DNA from: Roseibium sp.
GTDB lineage: Bacteria > Pseudomonadota > Alphaproteobacteria > Rhizobiales > Stappiaceae
NCBI RefSeq assembly: GCF_050301095.1
Contig: NZ_JBNKYW010000267.1
Span: 37,590 to 101,589 of the forward strand
Reading direction: 5' to 3'
Length of the DNA stretch: 64,000 bases
This document shows positions 18,367-28,746 of this stretch, piece by piece. A program made the position numbers and the translations under genes. Below the pieces are notes generated by a model that was not told where the DNA came from, made no database searches, and saw nothing but the letters and a program-made list of their open reading frames with translations. Within the stretch, counting starts at the first letter, position 1. The number at the start of each line of letters is the position of its first letter.

Positions 18367-18948
18367 ATGACTGAACATGGAGCCGATTCCCGCCCCAAAA
18401 GGCTGCGCTATATCTATTATTGCGCCACGGTCATGAAATGGGTCATGAACCTGTTTGTTGCGGTCTTTCTCGTTCTTGCCGTCAATATCGCCGTTTCCTT
18501 CCTGGTTCCGGGCTACGTCCCGTTCGGTGGCGAGGAAACGATTACCGTCGGCAGCACGGACAGGGTCATCGCCGATCTGCAATTCAATCAGCGGGCCGCT
18601 TTCACGGTTTGGTTTGTTGTTTCGGCGTCCCTGCAACTGGGACTGATCCTGAGTTTGCGCAGACTCTTCTGCCAGTTTCAAAAGTCCGAGTTCTTCGTGC
18701 AAAGAACCCTGCAGGCCGTGATTGCGCTGGGTGTCTGGTTCATTTCCGTAGCGGTCTTCGAAATCGCAAGCGATCCGCTCACCACCCTGCTTGCGTCGCT
18801 GGACTATCCCCAGGAGCAGTGGGTGCTGGACATTGCGCTCGACGGAACGGAAGTTATCTTCATGATTCTCGGGGCATTCATGCTGCTGTTCGGCTGGATC
18901 CTGCGTGAAGCCGCCGTGCTCGCGGAAGAAAACAGACAAATAATCTAG
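18367..18948 (+). CDS. DUF2975-like 4-TM membrane protein (copy 2)
   Basis: 193 aa with the same topology and the C-terminal motif LLFGWILREAAVLAEENRQII. It is a tandem paralogue of 17762..18343. Confidence 0.68.
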   Translation: MTEHGADSRPKRLRYIYYCATVMKWVMNLFVAVFLVLAVNIAVSFLVPGYVPFGGEETITVGSTDRVIADLQFNQRAAFTVWFVVSASLQLGLILSLRRLFCQFQKSEFFVQRTLQAVIALGVWFISVAVFEIASDPLTTLLASLDYPQEQWVLDIALDGTEVIFMILGAFMLLFGWILREAAVLAEENRQII

Positions 18949-18972
18949 CTGCGGCGAACCGGGGACCCCATC

Positions 18973-19194
18973 ATGCCCATCATCATCGAACTGGACGTCA
19001 TGCTGGCCCGCCGCAAGATGCGGTCCAAGGAACTGGCGGAACGCATCGGCATCACGGAGCAGAACGTCTCCCTGCTGAAGTCCGGCAAGGTGAAAGGCGT
19101 GCGCTTCGAGACCCTTGAGAAAATCTGCGAGGTTCTGGACTGCCAGCCCGGAGACATTCTCGTCTATGAACCGGAAAAGGACACGAACGGCTAA
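18973..19194 (+). CDS. Small XRE-family HTH transcriptional regulator (YozG type)
   Basis: 73 aa. IIELDVMLARRKMRSKELAERIGITEQNVSLLKSGKVKGVRFETLEKICEVLDCQPGDIL is the characteristic YozG/HTH_26 sequence that pairs with DUF2975 genes. Confidence 0.85.
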   Translation: MPIIIELDVMLARRKMRSKELAERIGITEQNVSLLKSGKVKGVRFETLEKICEVLDCQPGDILVYEPEKDTNG

Positions 19195-19571
19195 TCCCGG
19201 ACCATGCCGGCGAGCCAGTAAAGACCGGCCGTCGCAAGCGCGCCCCAAAGGACAACAACCGCAAAAGCGGCGCCCCGGCTAACCGGCTTGTCGGCCGCCT
19301 TTTCCGCCCGCCTCCGGCAATCTGCCATGACCTCGGGCGGGACCAGTTTCACCACCGCGTATATGCCGAGCGGCAGCAGCACCAGATCGTCCAGGTAGCC
19401 GATCACGGGAATGAAGTCCGGAATGAGATCTACCGGCGAGACGGCATAGGCCGCCACGACCAGTGCCAGCCCCTTGACGAACCAGGGCACGCGCGGATCG
19501 CGAGCGGCAAGGTAAAGCGCGTGGATGTCCCGCTTCACGAGACCGGCCCATTTGCGAAGGTCCCAGTTCAT
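19191..19571 (-). CDS. DUF1232 (YkvA-like) membrane protein
   Basis: 126 aa with the typical core YAVSPVDLIPDFIPVIGYLDD. Its 3' end overlaps the convergent HTH gene by 4 nt. Confidence 0.75.
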   Translation of the reverse strand: MNWDLRKWAGLVKRDIHALYLAARDPRVPWFVKGLALVVAAYAVSPVDLIPDFIPVIGYLDDLVLLPLGIYAVVKLVPPEVMADCRRRAEKAADKPVSRGAAFAVVVLWGALATAGLYWLAGMVRD

Positions 19572-19603
19572 TCACCCGTCCTTCGTGCCGCAGGACACCG
19601 CAG

Positions 19604-20023
19604 TCACCGGGACGACGGTACCATCTCGTCGAAGCAGGCCAGGTCCCTGTCGACCGGATCCCAGGAAACCGCCCGCGAGACGTAGATCGCCTTTTCTGGC
19701 GTAACCTTTTCCGGCTCGTCCAGCGAGGACGTTCTGACGACGACCAGGCCCTCCATACCGTCCCGCGTGTGGAAGATCGCACTGCCGCAGACGGGGCAGA
19801 AGCGCCGGTTGATCGACCGCCCGCTGTCGGCGATCTTGACGTAATCCGTCACTTCTCCGGACAGTGAGAAAGCCGTTTCATCAAAGACCGTGTGCGTCGC
19901 ATGGCCGGTTCCCCCGAGCTTCCGGCAGTCCCCGCAATAGCAGTGAACCGTCAGCTTCGGCGGCGCTTCGCAGACATAGCGCACCGCTTCACAGAGACAC
20001 CCGCCGGTCAGTTTCTGGCTCAT
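19604..20023 (-). CDS. GFA family protein (glutathione-dependent formaldehyde-activating / CENP-V type Zn-Cys domain)
   Basis: 139 aa with Cys clusters GGCLCEAVRY, HCYCGDCRK and FCPVCGS. Confidence 0.8.
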   Translation of the reverse strand: MSQKLTGGCLCEAVRYVCEAPPKLTVHCYCGDCRKLGGTGHATHTVFDETAFSLSGEVTDYVKIADSGRSINRRFCPVCGSAIFHTRDGMEGLVVVRTSSLDEPEKVTPEKAIYVSRAVSWDPVDRDLACFDEMVPSSR

Positions 20024-20057
20024 GCCCTATCTCCTGGAAGAAGCAGCGCCTTCCGTC

Positions 20058-22223
20058 CTATTCGGCCGCCTCCGCCGAGCCGTAGCCAAGCTGCTCGTTC
20101 AGCTTGCCGATCAGGCCGATGGCCGCTTCCGCGATGACGGTTCCGGGCGGGAAGATCGCCGCGGCACCGGACTTGTAAAGCGCATCGTAATCCTGCGGCG
20201 GCACCACCCCGCCAACCACGATCATGATGTCTTCCCGGCCCTCTTCGGCCAGCGCCTTCTTCAGTGCCGGAACCAGCGTCAGGTGACCGGCCGCCAGCGA
20301 TGAGACTCCCACCACGTGGACGTCGTTTTCCACCGCCTGGCGGGCGGCTTCTTCCGGTGTCTGGAACAGTGGCCCGATATCGACGTCGAAGCCGAGGTCG
20401 GCAAAGGCAGAGGCAATCACCTTCTGGCCGCGGTCATGGCCGTCCTGGCCCATCTTGGCGATGAGAATGCGTGGCCGCCGGCCGTCATTGTCCTCAAAGG
20501 TCTCGACCAGTTTCTGGACCTTCTCGATGGCCCCGGACATGGCTCCCGCCTCCCGTTTGTAGACCCCGGATATCGACTTGATCTCGGCCTTGTGGCGACC
20601 GAAGACCTTTTCCATGGCAAGCGAGATCTCGCCGACCGTCGCCTTGGCCCGCGCCGCCTTGACGGAGAGATCCAGCAGATTGCCGTCTCCAGTTTCGGAG
20701 CATTTGGTCAGCGCGTCCAGTGCCGCCTGGGTCTCGGCCTCATTGCGTTCGGCCCTGAGCCGCTGCAGCTTGTCGATCTGGGCCGCGCGCACCTGGGCAT
20801 TGTCGACCTTCAGAACGTCGATCGCCTGTTCGGCTTCCGGCTTGTACTTGTTGACGCCGACCACGGTCTGGGCGCCGCCGTCGATCCGCGCCTGCGTCTT
20901 GGCGGCCGCTTCCTCGATCCGAAGTTTCGGAATTCCTTTCTCGATGGCTTTCGCCATGCCGCCGAGTTCTTCCACCTCGCGGATATGGGCCATCGCCTTT
21001 TCGGCGAGGTCCGCCGTCAGCTTCTCCACGTAGTAGGAGCCGCCCCAGGGGTCGATCACCTTGGTGGTACCGCTTTCCTGCTGCAGGAACAACTGGGTGT
21101 TGCGGGCAATGCGGGCGGAGAAATCCGTCGGCAGCGCCAATGCTTCGTCGAGCGCATTGGTATGCAGCGACTGGGTATGGCCCTGCGTCGCCGCCATGGC
21201 CTCCACACAGGTCCGGATGACGTTATTGAAGACATCCTGCGCGGTCAGCGACCAGCCGGAGGTCTGGGAATGGGTCCTCAGCGAAAGGGACTTCGCGTTC
21301 TTCGGCTGGAAATTCTCTTCCATCAGCGTCGCCCAGATCAGGCGCGCAGCCCGGAGTTTGGCGACTTCCATGAAGAAGTTCATGCCAATGGCCCAGAAGA
21401 AGGACAGACGCGGCGCGAACTGGTCGATATCCATGCCGGCGGCAACACCTGCGCGGGCATATTCGATGCCGTCGGCAATCGTATAGGCCAGTTCCAGATC
21501 GGCCGTGGCGCCCGCTTCCTGCATGTGATAGCCGGAAATGGAAATCGAGTTGAAACGCGGCATGTTCTGGGACGTGTATTTGAAGATGTCCGAGATGATC
21601 CGCATGGAATGGTTGGGCGGATAGATATAGGTGTTGCGGACCATGAACTCCTTCAGAATATCGTTCTGAATGGTGCCCGACAGGTCCTTCTGGGCAACGC
21701 CCTGTTCTTCCGCCGCCACGATGTAAAGCGCCAGAACCGGCAAGACAGCGCCGTTCATGGTCATGGACACGCTCATCTTGTCCAGCGGAATGCCGGAGAA
21801 GAGCGTGCGCATGTCATAGATGCTGTCGATGGCAACGCCTGCCATGCCGACATCGCCGGAAACGCGCGGATGATCGCTGTCATAGCCCCGGTGCGTCGCC
21901 AGGTCGAAGGCAACTGAAAGCCCCTTTTGTCCGGCCGCCAGATTGCGCCGGTAGAAGGCGTTGGAATCTTCCGCCGTCGAGAACCCCGCATACTGGCGCA
22001 CCGTCCAGGGCTGCTGGACATACATGGTCGGATAGGGACCGCGCAGGAACGGCGGCAGGCCCGGCCATGTGTCGATATGCTTCAACCCGGCGAGGTCGGC
22101 GGCACCATAGACGGGCGGCACCTCGATATCTTCAGGCGTCTGCCAGCTCTCTGCCGTTCCGGGTTTCGCCGCTTCGAGGAGATTACGGAACGGTTTGTCT
22201 GAATAATTCGGGATCCTGCTCAT
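20058..22223 (-). CDS. mutB: Methylmalonyl-CoA mutase large (alpha, catalytic) subunit
   Basis: 721 aa. The TIM-barrel substrate domain is followed by a C-terminal B12-binding domain with DxHxxG ([13 protein letters not shown]). Its start overlaps the mutA stop by 4 nt. Confidence 0.95.
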   Translation of the reverse strand: MSRIPNYSDKPFRNLLEAAKPGTAESWQTPEDIEVPPVYGAADLAGLKHIDTWPGLPPFLRGPYPTMYVQQPWTVRQYAGFSTAEDSNAFYRRNLAAGQKGLSVAFDLATHRGYDSDHPRVSGDVGMAGVAIDSIYDMRTLFSGIPLDKMSVSMTMNGAVLPVLALYIVAAEEQGVAQKDLSGTIQNDILKEFMVRNTYIYPPNHSMRIISDIFKYTSQNMPRFNSISISGYHMQEAGATADLELAYTIADGIEYARAGVAAGMDIDQFAPRLSFFWAIGMNFFMEVAKLRAARLIWATLMEENFQPKNAKSLSLRTHSQTSGWSLTAQDVFNNVIRTCVEAMAATQGHTQSLHTNALDEALALPTDFSARIARNTQLFLQQESGTTKVIDPWGGSYYVEKLTADLAEKAMAHIREVEELGGMAKAIEKGIPKLRIEEAAAKTQARIDGGAQTVVGVNKYKPEAEQAIDVLKVDNAQVRAAQIDKLQRLRAERNEAETQAALDALTKCSETGDGNLLDLSVKAARAKATVGEISLAMEKVFGRHKAEIKSISGVYKREAGAMSGAIEKVQKLVETFEDNDGRRPRILIAKMGQDGHDRGQKVIASAFADLGFDVDIGPLFQTPEEAARQAVENDVHVVGVSSLAAGHLTLVPALKKALAEEGREDIMIVVGGVVPPQDYDALYKSGAAAIFPPGTVIAEAAIGLIGKLNEQLGYGSAEAAE

Positions 22224-24223
22224 TTCCGGATCTCCTGCTCCGATTTTTCAGCGCCGCCAGCGCCCTGTAGCCGGCCATGGGCTTCGCTCAAGAGGCCAAG
22301 CAGATCGCAGCCCGCAAAGAGGAACGTGTCGACACCGGCATCTCTCAAGATCGTTTCCCGCTCGCCCGGCTTTCCGGCCAGATAAAGGGCACGCGCACCG
22401 GCCTCTTTCAGGGCGCGGGCGGCATCCTCGGCCTGGCTCTCATAGACCTCGTCGGAGGATACGATGCAGGCAAGCATCGCCCCGCTTTCCGTGAAGGCGG
22501 AAACGAGTTCTTCAAGCGAGCCGTAGACGGCAGGCCCAACCGCCTGAAGGCCGCCGGCGGCAAAGGCGTTTGCCGTCCAGGTCGCGCGCGCCGTGAACTG
22601 CGCCAGCGTGCCAAGGCTCGCCAGGAACACCTTCGGCGCACCGGCTTCCAGCGTTTCCGCTCTGGACCGCAATTCTTCGAATGGTTCGGCGATCCGCCCG
22701 CTGGAAAGAAGCTTCAAGGCGGCGATGCCCGGAGCATTGCTTTCCACATCGACGGTTCGCAGCAGGGGCTTGCCGTCAAGCGCGGCCTGCAGCAGCGCCG
22801 GGAACCATTCTCCCGTGCCCGCGCTCGGAAGGTCCGTCAGCTGCGCTGACAGTCCTGCGTTTTCACTCCAGTCACCGGGAAGGACATCGACCTCGGTCTC
22901 GGTGAGGTTCGGAAATTCGCTGACGCCCGTGATCGGCCGTTTCCTGCTGGCAACGTTTTGCGCCAGATCGCTCCTGGCCGCTTCGATCCGGTCCTGAACC
23001 AGCCCCTGTTCCAGGGCCCTGGGAAGACCGCCGGCAGCCTCGATTTCCTGGAAAAACGCCCAGGCGGCTCCACAAAGCTTTTCGGTCCGGTCCTCGATGG
23101 CACCCGAACCTGCGGCCGGATCCAAGACCTTTGCCAGATTGCTTTCCTCCAGAAGGATGGACTGGGTGTTGCGCGCCAGCCTGCGTGCAAAGCCGTCCGG
23201 CAAGCCGACAGCCAGGGTGTGCGGCAGCACGCAGATGCTGTCGGCGCCACCGACCCCGGCCGCAAAGACGGCGACCGTGTTTCTGAGCAAGTTGACCCAG
23301 GGATCCCGGCGCGTGAGCATCCGGTTCGAAGTCGTCACGTGCAGGCTGGCCGGTGCCTGTGCAAGCCCTGCCCCGTCCAGCACCGAAGACCAGAGGGCGC
23401 GGATCGCCCGCGCCTTGGCGATGGTTCCGAACTGGTCGGCATCTGCGACAAGTTTCATCGATATCCTGCCCGCCCAGTCATCCGGCGCCAGCTTCGTGCC
23501 TTCAAGCAGGCGCAGGTAAGCCGTCGCGGAAGCCAGAACGAGGGCAAGCTCCTGCGCCGGCGTTGCCCCTGCGTTGTGCCAGACCTCCCCATCCGCCGCC
23601 ACGACCCGGGCGGGATTGCCAAGATCGGAAAGGGAATCGGCAAGCTCCCTGATCCGGTTGACAGCGGTTTCCGGCTCACCCGCGGATGCGCCGCGCGCCG
23701 CCAGCCAGCCGTAAGGATCACTCGCGCAGGTTACGTCGAGCACGGCCGGATCGATCCCGTTCTTGCGGGCGACGGCCATAACAAGGGCCAGAACTTCCGC
23801 ATTGACCGGCCCGGCATCGATCCGCAGGCTGATGAGATCCAGCTGGACGTTCTTCAAAAGCGTTTCGAAAGCGGCGAGATCTCCTGCCGCAATGCCTCCC
23901 CCATGGCACGCCAAGGCTCCCGGGAAGACGAGCTCCAGCCCGCCAGCGCCGTTTTCCAGATCCCTGAGGATCTGTCTGTTTGCGGCTTCCGGATCGGGAA
24001 TATCCACGCGCTGCACGACACCCCAGTCTCCCACGGCACTTCGCAAGGCCCTGGCAGGAACATCTGTCCGCCGTTCATAAAGCGGTGCGATTTCCAGGCC
24101 GTCCTCGGTGTTACCGTATAGCCTCTGCCTGGACGTGCCCTTGAGCGCTTTGTCGACGGACGCCCACCACGTCTCCTCGCCGGCGGAATAGAAACTGTCG
24201 GGTCCGGTAAAGCTGAGCGGCAT
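22220..24223 (-). CDS. mutA: Methylmalonyl-CoA mutase small (beta) subunit
   Basis: The sequence from the ATG at 24223 ([20 protein letters not shown]...IAPLYERR) matches the MutA N-terminus pattern. It has mutase-like domains but no DxHxxG. ORF 22220..24349 extends further upstream. Confidence 0.85.
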   Translation of the reverse strand: MPLSFTGPDSFYSAGEETWWASVDKALKGTSRQRLYGNTEDGLEIAPLYERRTDVPARALRSAVGDWGVVQRVDIPDPEAANRQILRDLENGAGGLELVFPGALACHGGGIAAGDLAAFETLLKNVQLDLISLRIDAGPVNAEVLALVMAVARKNGIDPAVLDVTCASDPYGWLAARGASAGEPETAVNRIRELADSLSDLGNPARVVAADGEVWHNAGATPAQELALVLASATAYLRLLEGTKLAPDDWAGRISMKLVADADQFGTIAKARAIRALWSSVLDGAGLAQAPASLHVTTSNRMLTRRDPWVNLLRNTVAVFAAGVGGADSICVLPHTLAVGLPDGFARRLARNTQSILLEESNLAKVLDPAAGSGAIEDRTEKLCGAAWAFFQEIEAAGGLPRALEQGLVQDRIEAARSDLAQNVASRKRPITGVSEFPNLTETEVDVLPGDWSENAGLSAQLTDLPSAGTGEWFPALLQAALDGKPLLRTVDVESNAPGIAALKLLSSGRIAEPFEELRSRAETLEAGAPKVFLASLGTLAQFTARATWTANAFAAGGLQAVGPAVYGSLEELVSAFTESGAMLACIVSSDEVYESQAEDAARALKEAGARALYLAGKPGERETILRDAGVDTFLFAGCDLLGLLSEAHGRLQGAGGAEKSEQEIRK

Positions 24224-24819
24224 TCTCTTAAGTCTCCCTCTGCCTTCTTGCGGCCACGCAGGAAGGCAGGCTGATCTTCGCCTTGTTAAGGTTTTAGTCC
24301 CTGACGCAGAGGCTTGACAACTCAGCAGAAAGGGTAAGCTTACGGCCACGGTCTCGCCTGAAAGCTGCTATTGTCAATTCTTGCCAGTGGGGTCGCTCTG
24401 GACCACGACTTCAAATCGCGGCCAACGGGTGATCTTTTGCCGGATAACTTAATTAAGCCAAATTAAAGAAATAACTATTTGCCGTCGATCAGGGTCTGCC
24501 GCCTCAACCGGCCGATGACCTGCCGGGCGCGAACCCGGAAAAATCCCGTATAACTGACAATATGTGGATCACGACGAGACTCTGTCAAATTTTTGGCGGA
24601 TTTTGCCAAATTTGCCACTTTTCCCTATTGGTACGATCAACAATTGTATTGTAGCGTAAAGTTGCTGACGCATGGGAAATATTACCCTCATAATAATTGC
24701 GCGGCATTCGGGTCCGGTCTGCCTTCAACGGTAAAGTCGGGACACGTTATTAACCCATCAGCGGATGCTGCCGGTGCTCCCGGCGCTTCGCAAAATAGCG
24801 GCGCCTTAAGCCGCAAAGG

Positions 24820-25530
24820 ATGTGCACGATGCTTGATCAAACGGAATTGAAGAGCAAACTGAGAGCAATCTCGGAAGCAACCGCAGCCCACCACGTTCTC
24901 GATATTTTGGAATCAAATCTCCGGCGCATGGGGGCGACGCATATCCTCATTACCGGCCTGCCGATGCCCAATCGTCCGATCGATAATCTCGTTCAGCGGT
25001 TCCGGTGGCCCGATCAGCGTAACGACGGAATTGAGAGCACGTCCCTGTCCGCAAACGACAGCGCCCTGATGCTCGGCCTGGGGTCCAACCGGGCTCGCGT
25101 CTGGACGATCAGCGCAGGCGACATGGAACATTCCGATCTTCTGGCCTCTGCCGGCGAAGGCAGCCAGATCGTCGTGGTTCCGGTGACAGAACTCTATCCG
25201 TTCCAGGCATTTGTCTTTGCAAGTGGTCCGTCCCTGCAGGTGAACAAGTACGATCTGTCGAACCTCGAGGCCCTGTCGGCCGCCGCCTTCTCGCGCCTGC
25301 GCGAACTTGGCGTCATTTCCGGCCAGCGCCCGGGTGCCCTGTCGACCCGCGAGCGCAAGGTTCTCGAACTGACCGCTTTCGGCAAGACCGCCGGCGAAAT
25401 CGCGAACGTGCTCGATATTTCCCAGCGGACCGTCCATGCGCATCTGCAAAATGCCAGCGTGAAGCTGAACGCTTCGAACAAGACCCACACGGTCGTTGAA
25501 GCGCTTCGTTACGGCCAGATCAGCGTTTGA
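24820..25530 (+). CDS. LuxR-family transcriptional regulator (solo; divergent N-terminal ligand-type domain)
   Basis: C-terminal LuxR/GerE HTH: LSTRERKVLELTAFGKTAGEIANVLDISQRTVHAHLQNASVKLNASNKTHTV. The N-terminal ~165 aa is only loosely autoinducer-binding-like. The start may be the ATG at 24829, which has better AGGA spacing. Confidence 0.85.
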   Translation: MCTMLDQTELKSKLRAISEATAAHHVLDILESNLRRMGATHILITGLPMPNRPIDNLVQRFRWPDQRNDGIESTSLSANDSALMLGLGSNRARVWTISAGDMEHSDLLASAGEGSQIVVVPVTELYPFQAFVFASGPSLQVNKYDLSNLEALSAAAFSRLRELGVISGQRPGALSTRERKVLELTAFGKTAGEIANVLDISQRTVHAHLQNASVKLNASNKTHTVVEALRYGQISV

Positions 25531-25574
25531 AGCCGGCCGCTTGGCCGACCTGCAGTTCTGGGGAGGAAAAATAG

Positions 25575-25600
25575 GGCGCGCCACTGGCGCGCCTTTTTTT
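25575..25600 (+). terminator. Rho-independent terminator (probably bidirectional)
   Basis: Palindromic stem ggcgcgcc / ggcgcgcc (25575-25582 / 25586-25593) followed by T7, with an A-rich tract upstream. It lies between convergent genes. Confidence 0.7.
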
Positions 25601-25659
25601 GCGGGACAATCCGGCAACCGACCCCTGCCTGCTTTCCGCAAGCCAAGCCGTCAATTCGC

Positions 25660-26052
25660 TCAAACGAACTGAGACAGTCCCGGGATCTGCGAGATCACGT
25701 CGTCGACAACCTCGTCGCCGGCCTTTTCCTTGGCACAGGCAACGAGTTCCTTGACGACGGTCTGCACACCGCCCATGTCGAGACCGGCCTTCGTCAATTC
25801 GTTCAAGGCGGCCATGGCCGCTCCCATGCCGCCGCCCATCAGGCCGGCCATACCGCCCAGAAGTCCGCCGCCGCCTTGCGCCGCGCGCGCGGCCACCAAT
25901 TCGGCCGACCCCGGCAAGGCGTCGAAGACCAACTGCATCTTGTCTTTCGGGCCCTCCTTGTCGAGAAAGCCGAGAATGATTCCGACGGCATTCTTCGCAA
26001 CGCCTTCTTCGATACCGGCTGCCGACATGATGCGGCTGACGAGTTCGTCCAT
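25660..26052 (-). CDS. Conserved hypothetical protein with a Gly/Met-rich centre (possibly DUF2780-like)
   Basis: 130 aa. Two similar helical halves (AAGIEEGVAKNAVGIILGFLDKEG / KAGLDMGGVQTVVKELVACAKEKAG) flank GGGGLLGGMAGLMGGGMGAAMAA. The family name is uncertain. Confidence 0.55.
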   Translation of the reverse strand: MDELVSRIMSAAGIEEGVAKNAVGIILGFLDKEGPKDKMQLVFDALPGSAELVAARAAQGGGGLLGGMAGLMGGGMGAAMAALNELTKAGLDMGGVQTVVKELVACAKEKAGDEVVDDVISQIPGLSQFV

Positions 26053-26220
26053 TCTGTTCTCCTAATATCAAAACGTAGACCCGCGCTGCCGGGCCCTCTG
26101 GCGGCTTCTATTAAAGCCTGACTGCAGCGCCGTCGATGGGGCAGCGCATCGCAGGCGCGCAATTTTGAAAAGGCTGGGTTAGGGTATGCCACAAGGATTC
26201 GGTGCAATTCGGGGGAAACC

Positions 26221-27780
26221 GTGACGGGGAAAGACAGTATCTTTATCGGCGCCAGCACCAGGGACGAAAATCTGGCACTGAAACTCGCCAACAGGCACGG
26301 CCTGATCGCAGGTGCAACCGGCACGGGCAAGACCGTTTCCCTTCAAATTCTCGCCGAAGGCTTTTCAAAGGCCGGCGTTCCGGTGTTCTGCGCGGACATC
26401 AAGGGCGATCTGTCCGGACTTGCCGCCGCTGGCGAAGAAAAGGTCTTTCTGGAAAAACGCGCCAAAGACGTCGGACTGGCCAAAACCTATACCTACGAGG
26501 CAACCCCTGCCGTTTTCTGGGATCTCCTGGGCGAACAGGGACACCCCATCCGCACTACGGTGTCCGAAATCGGCCCCCTTCTGCTTGCCCGGCTTCTGGA
26601 GCTGAACGACACCCAGGAAGGCGTGCTCAATGTGTTGTTCGAGCTGGCGGACGACGAAGGCCTGCTTCTGCTCGATCTGAAGGACCTCAGAGCCATGCTG
26701 ACGCATGTGGCCGAGCGCGCTTCCGAACTCTCCACCATCTACGGCAACGTTTCCAAATCCTCCATCGGGGCAATCCAGCGCCGGCTTCTGGTCCTCGAGC
26801 GTCAGGGCGGCGAGCATTTCTTCGGCGAACCGGCCCTCGATATCCGCGACTTCATCCGCACCGCGCCGGACGGCCGCGGCGTCGTCAACATTCTTTCCGC
26901 AGAAAAGCTCATGACGGCGCCACGGCTCTATGCGGTGTTTCTGCTGTGGATGCTGTCGGAACTTTTCGAGGAACTTCCGGAAGTCGGCGACCCGGACAAG
27001 CCGAGGCTGGTCTTCTTCTTCGATGAAGCTCACCTGCTCTTCTCCGATGCCCCCAAGGCGCTGATCGAGAAGGTCGAACAGGTGGTGCGCCTGATCCGAT
27101 CCAAGGGCGTCGGTGTCTATTTCGTCACGCAGAACCCGCTTGATGTTCCCGAAACCGTCCTGTCGCAGCTCGGCAATCGCATTCAGCACGCCTTGCGCGC
27201 CTTCACTCCGCGCGACCAGAAGGCCGTCCGGGCGGCGGCCGAAACTTTCCGGCCCAACCCGGACCTCAACACCGAACGTGTGATCACTGAACTCGGCGTC
27301 GGGGAGGCTCTTGTCTCGACCCTGGAAGGCAAGGGTATTCCCTCGATCGTCCAGCGAACCCTGATCCGCCCGCCCTCCTCGAGGCTGGGCCCGGTTACCC
27401 AGGCCGAACGGCGCGCGCTCATCCAGTCGAGCCCGGTGTTCGGCGTCTATGACCGCTCGAAAGACCGGACGTCCGCCTATGAAGTGCTGATGGGCCGCGC
27501 GGAGGAAACCCAGCGCCAGGAACAGAAGCGGCGCGACAAGGAAGAAACCTATTCCCGCAAGCACGGTGAACCGCGCCGCACGCGCTCCGGGTTCCAGCTG
27601 CCGGATTTCGGCCGGGACGACCGGCCCCGCTCGGAAAGCATGAAGCGCCGCTCCAACCGCCGCAGCCAGCGGGACACGGTCCTGGAAGCCGGTCTCAAGT
27701 CGGCGGCCCGCAGTCTCGGGTCCTCGCTCGGACGTGCACTGGTACGCGGACTCCTGGGATCCCTCAAACGCGGTAACTGA
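26221..27780 (+). CDS. HerA-like P-loop ATPase, DUF853 (YjgR) family
   Basis: 519 aa with a GTG start, Walker A (GATGTGKT), Walker B-like [12 protein letters not shown], and an Arg/Lys-rich C-terminal tail typical of YjgR. Confidence 0.85.
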   Translation: MTGKDSIFIGASTRDENLALKLANRHGLIAGATGTGKTVSLQILAEGFSKAGVPVFCADIKGDLSGLAAAGEEKVFLEKRAKDVGLAKTYTYEATPAVFWDLLGEQGHPIRTTVSEIGPLLLARLLELNDTQEGVLNVLFELADDEGLLLLDLKDLRAMLTHVAERASELSTIYGNVSKSSIGAIQRRLLVLERQGGEHFFGEPALDIRDFIRTAPDGRGVVNILSAEKLMTAPRLYAVFLLWMLSELFEELPEVGDPDKPRLVFFFDEAHLLFSDAPKALIEKVEQVVRLIRSKGVGVYFVTQNPLDVPETVLSQLGNRIQHALRAFTPRDQKAVRAAAETFRPNPDLNTERVITELGVGEALVSTLEGKGIPSIVQRTLIRPPSSRLGPVTQAERRALIQSSPVFGVYDRSKDRTSAYEVLMGRAEETQRQEQKRRDKEETYSRKHGEPRRTRSGFQLPDFGRDDRPRSESMKRRSNRRSQRDTVLEAGLKSAARSLGSSLGRALVRGLLGSLKRGN

Positions 27781-27786
27781 CGGCCC

Positions 27787-28746
27787 ATGGGTGAAAAACG
27801 CGAACAGCATCTGGTCCTCGAGCGCAGGGCTCTGACTATCGGAAAGTGGGCCAATCTGTTTATGGCCTTTGCAGGACTGCTTGCGGCCTGGCTGTCGCGG
27901 TCCGACGCCATGCTGGTGGACGGCCTCTACTCCGCCGTCAATTTTGTTTCCGCCATCGCAGCGGCCCGGATCGGATCCCGTGTCGGCCTGCCGCCGACAA
28001 GAAGCCGCCCCTGGGGACACGACTTCGACGAAGTTCTCTATGTCACCTTCCGCAGCCTCATCCTGATCGGCATTCTGGTGTTTGCGGCTTATGTGTCGGG
28101 CGCCAAGATCTGGACCTTCTTCACCGGCGGCACCGTTCCCGAACTCATATTCGGTCCGATTGCCGTCTACGCGGTGGTGATCGTCGCGATCTGCCTGGCC
28201 CTTGCCGTCAACTACCGCCGTGCCTTCCGCAAGACAGGCAAGCGCAGCGCTGTCCTGAAAACCGAGGCCCGCGCGGCACTCATCGACGGAGCCTTGAGCC
28301 TGGGTTCCGGTGCCGCCCTTTTGTCCCTGCCGTTTCTGCAAGACACGCCGCTCGGCCCATATGTGCCGATCGGCGATGCGGTGATCGTGCTGCTCCTGAT
28401 TCTCGCCATCATCTGGCAACCGCTCGCCGCCTTTCGCACGACGCTGGCCGATCTCGCAGGCGTCAGCGCGCCCAGCGGCACATTCAGCAAGGTCTCTCGC
28501 GCAGCCCGCGATCTTGCCCGGGAAAGAGGTTACCTTTTTCACCGGGCCGCCGTTCTGCAGGCGGGTCGCATGCACTATGCGGCGGTTTATCTGGATCCGG
28601 TGGAAGCAATCCGGGCGGAGGACATTGACGGTTTCCGAGACCTTCTGTCCGACAGGCTGGAAAAGCTGATCGGACCGACACGTGTCGAGATCATTGTTAC
28701 GGCGGGGAATGGGCTTACGGCAAAGAACGGCGGTTCGGCCGGTTGA
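27787..28746 (+). CDS. Cation diffusion facilitator (CDF) family transporter
   Basis: 319 aa with 5-6 TM segments and a CDF-like TM2 region (SDAMLVDGLYSAVNFVS...RPWGHDFDEVL) plus a C-terminal cytoplasmic domain. It starts 7 nt after the DUF853 gene. Confidence 0.72.
   Translation: MGEKREQHLVLERRALTIGKWANLFMAFAGLLAAWLSRSDAMLVDGLYSAVNFVSAIAAARIGSRVGLPPTRSRPWGHDFDEVLYVTFRSLILIGILVFAAYVSGAKIWTFFTGGTVPELIFGPIAVYAVVIVAICLALAVNYRRAFRKTGKRSAVLKTEARAALIDGALSLGSGAALLSLPFLQDTPLGPYVPIGDAVIVLLLILAIIWQPLAAFRTTLADLAGVSAPSGTFSKVSRAARDLARERGYLFHRAAVLQAGRMHYAAVYLDPVEAIRAEDIDGFRDLLSDRLEKLIGPTRVEIIVTAGNGLTAKNGGSAG

Noticed and set aside
20316-24121. Long plus-strand ORFs (533 aa at 20316..21917 and 387 aa at 22958..24121) opposite mutB and mutA.
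   Set aside because: They are antisense shadows of the highly recognisable methylmalonyl-CoA mutase subunit genes, with no motifs of their own.
24311-24346. A TTGACA-containing promoter-like sequence inside the annotated upstream extension of mutA.
   Set aside because: The -10 candidate (aagctt/agctta) is poor. The element points towards a gene about 500 nt away, and a single hexamer match is expected by chance.
24593-24850. An 85-aa ORF in the AT-rich spacer, overlapping the luxR-family gene start.
   Set aside because: It has atypical composition and no RBS or motif, and it overlaps a well-supported gene start. It is most likely non-coding promoter DNA.
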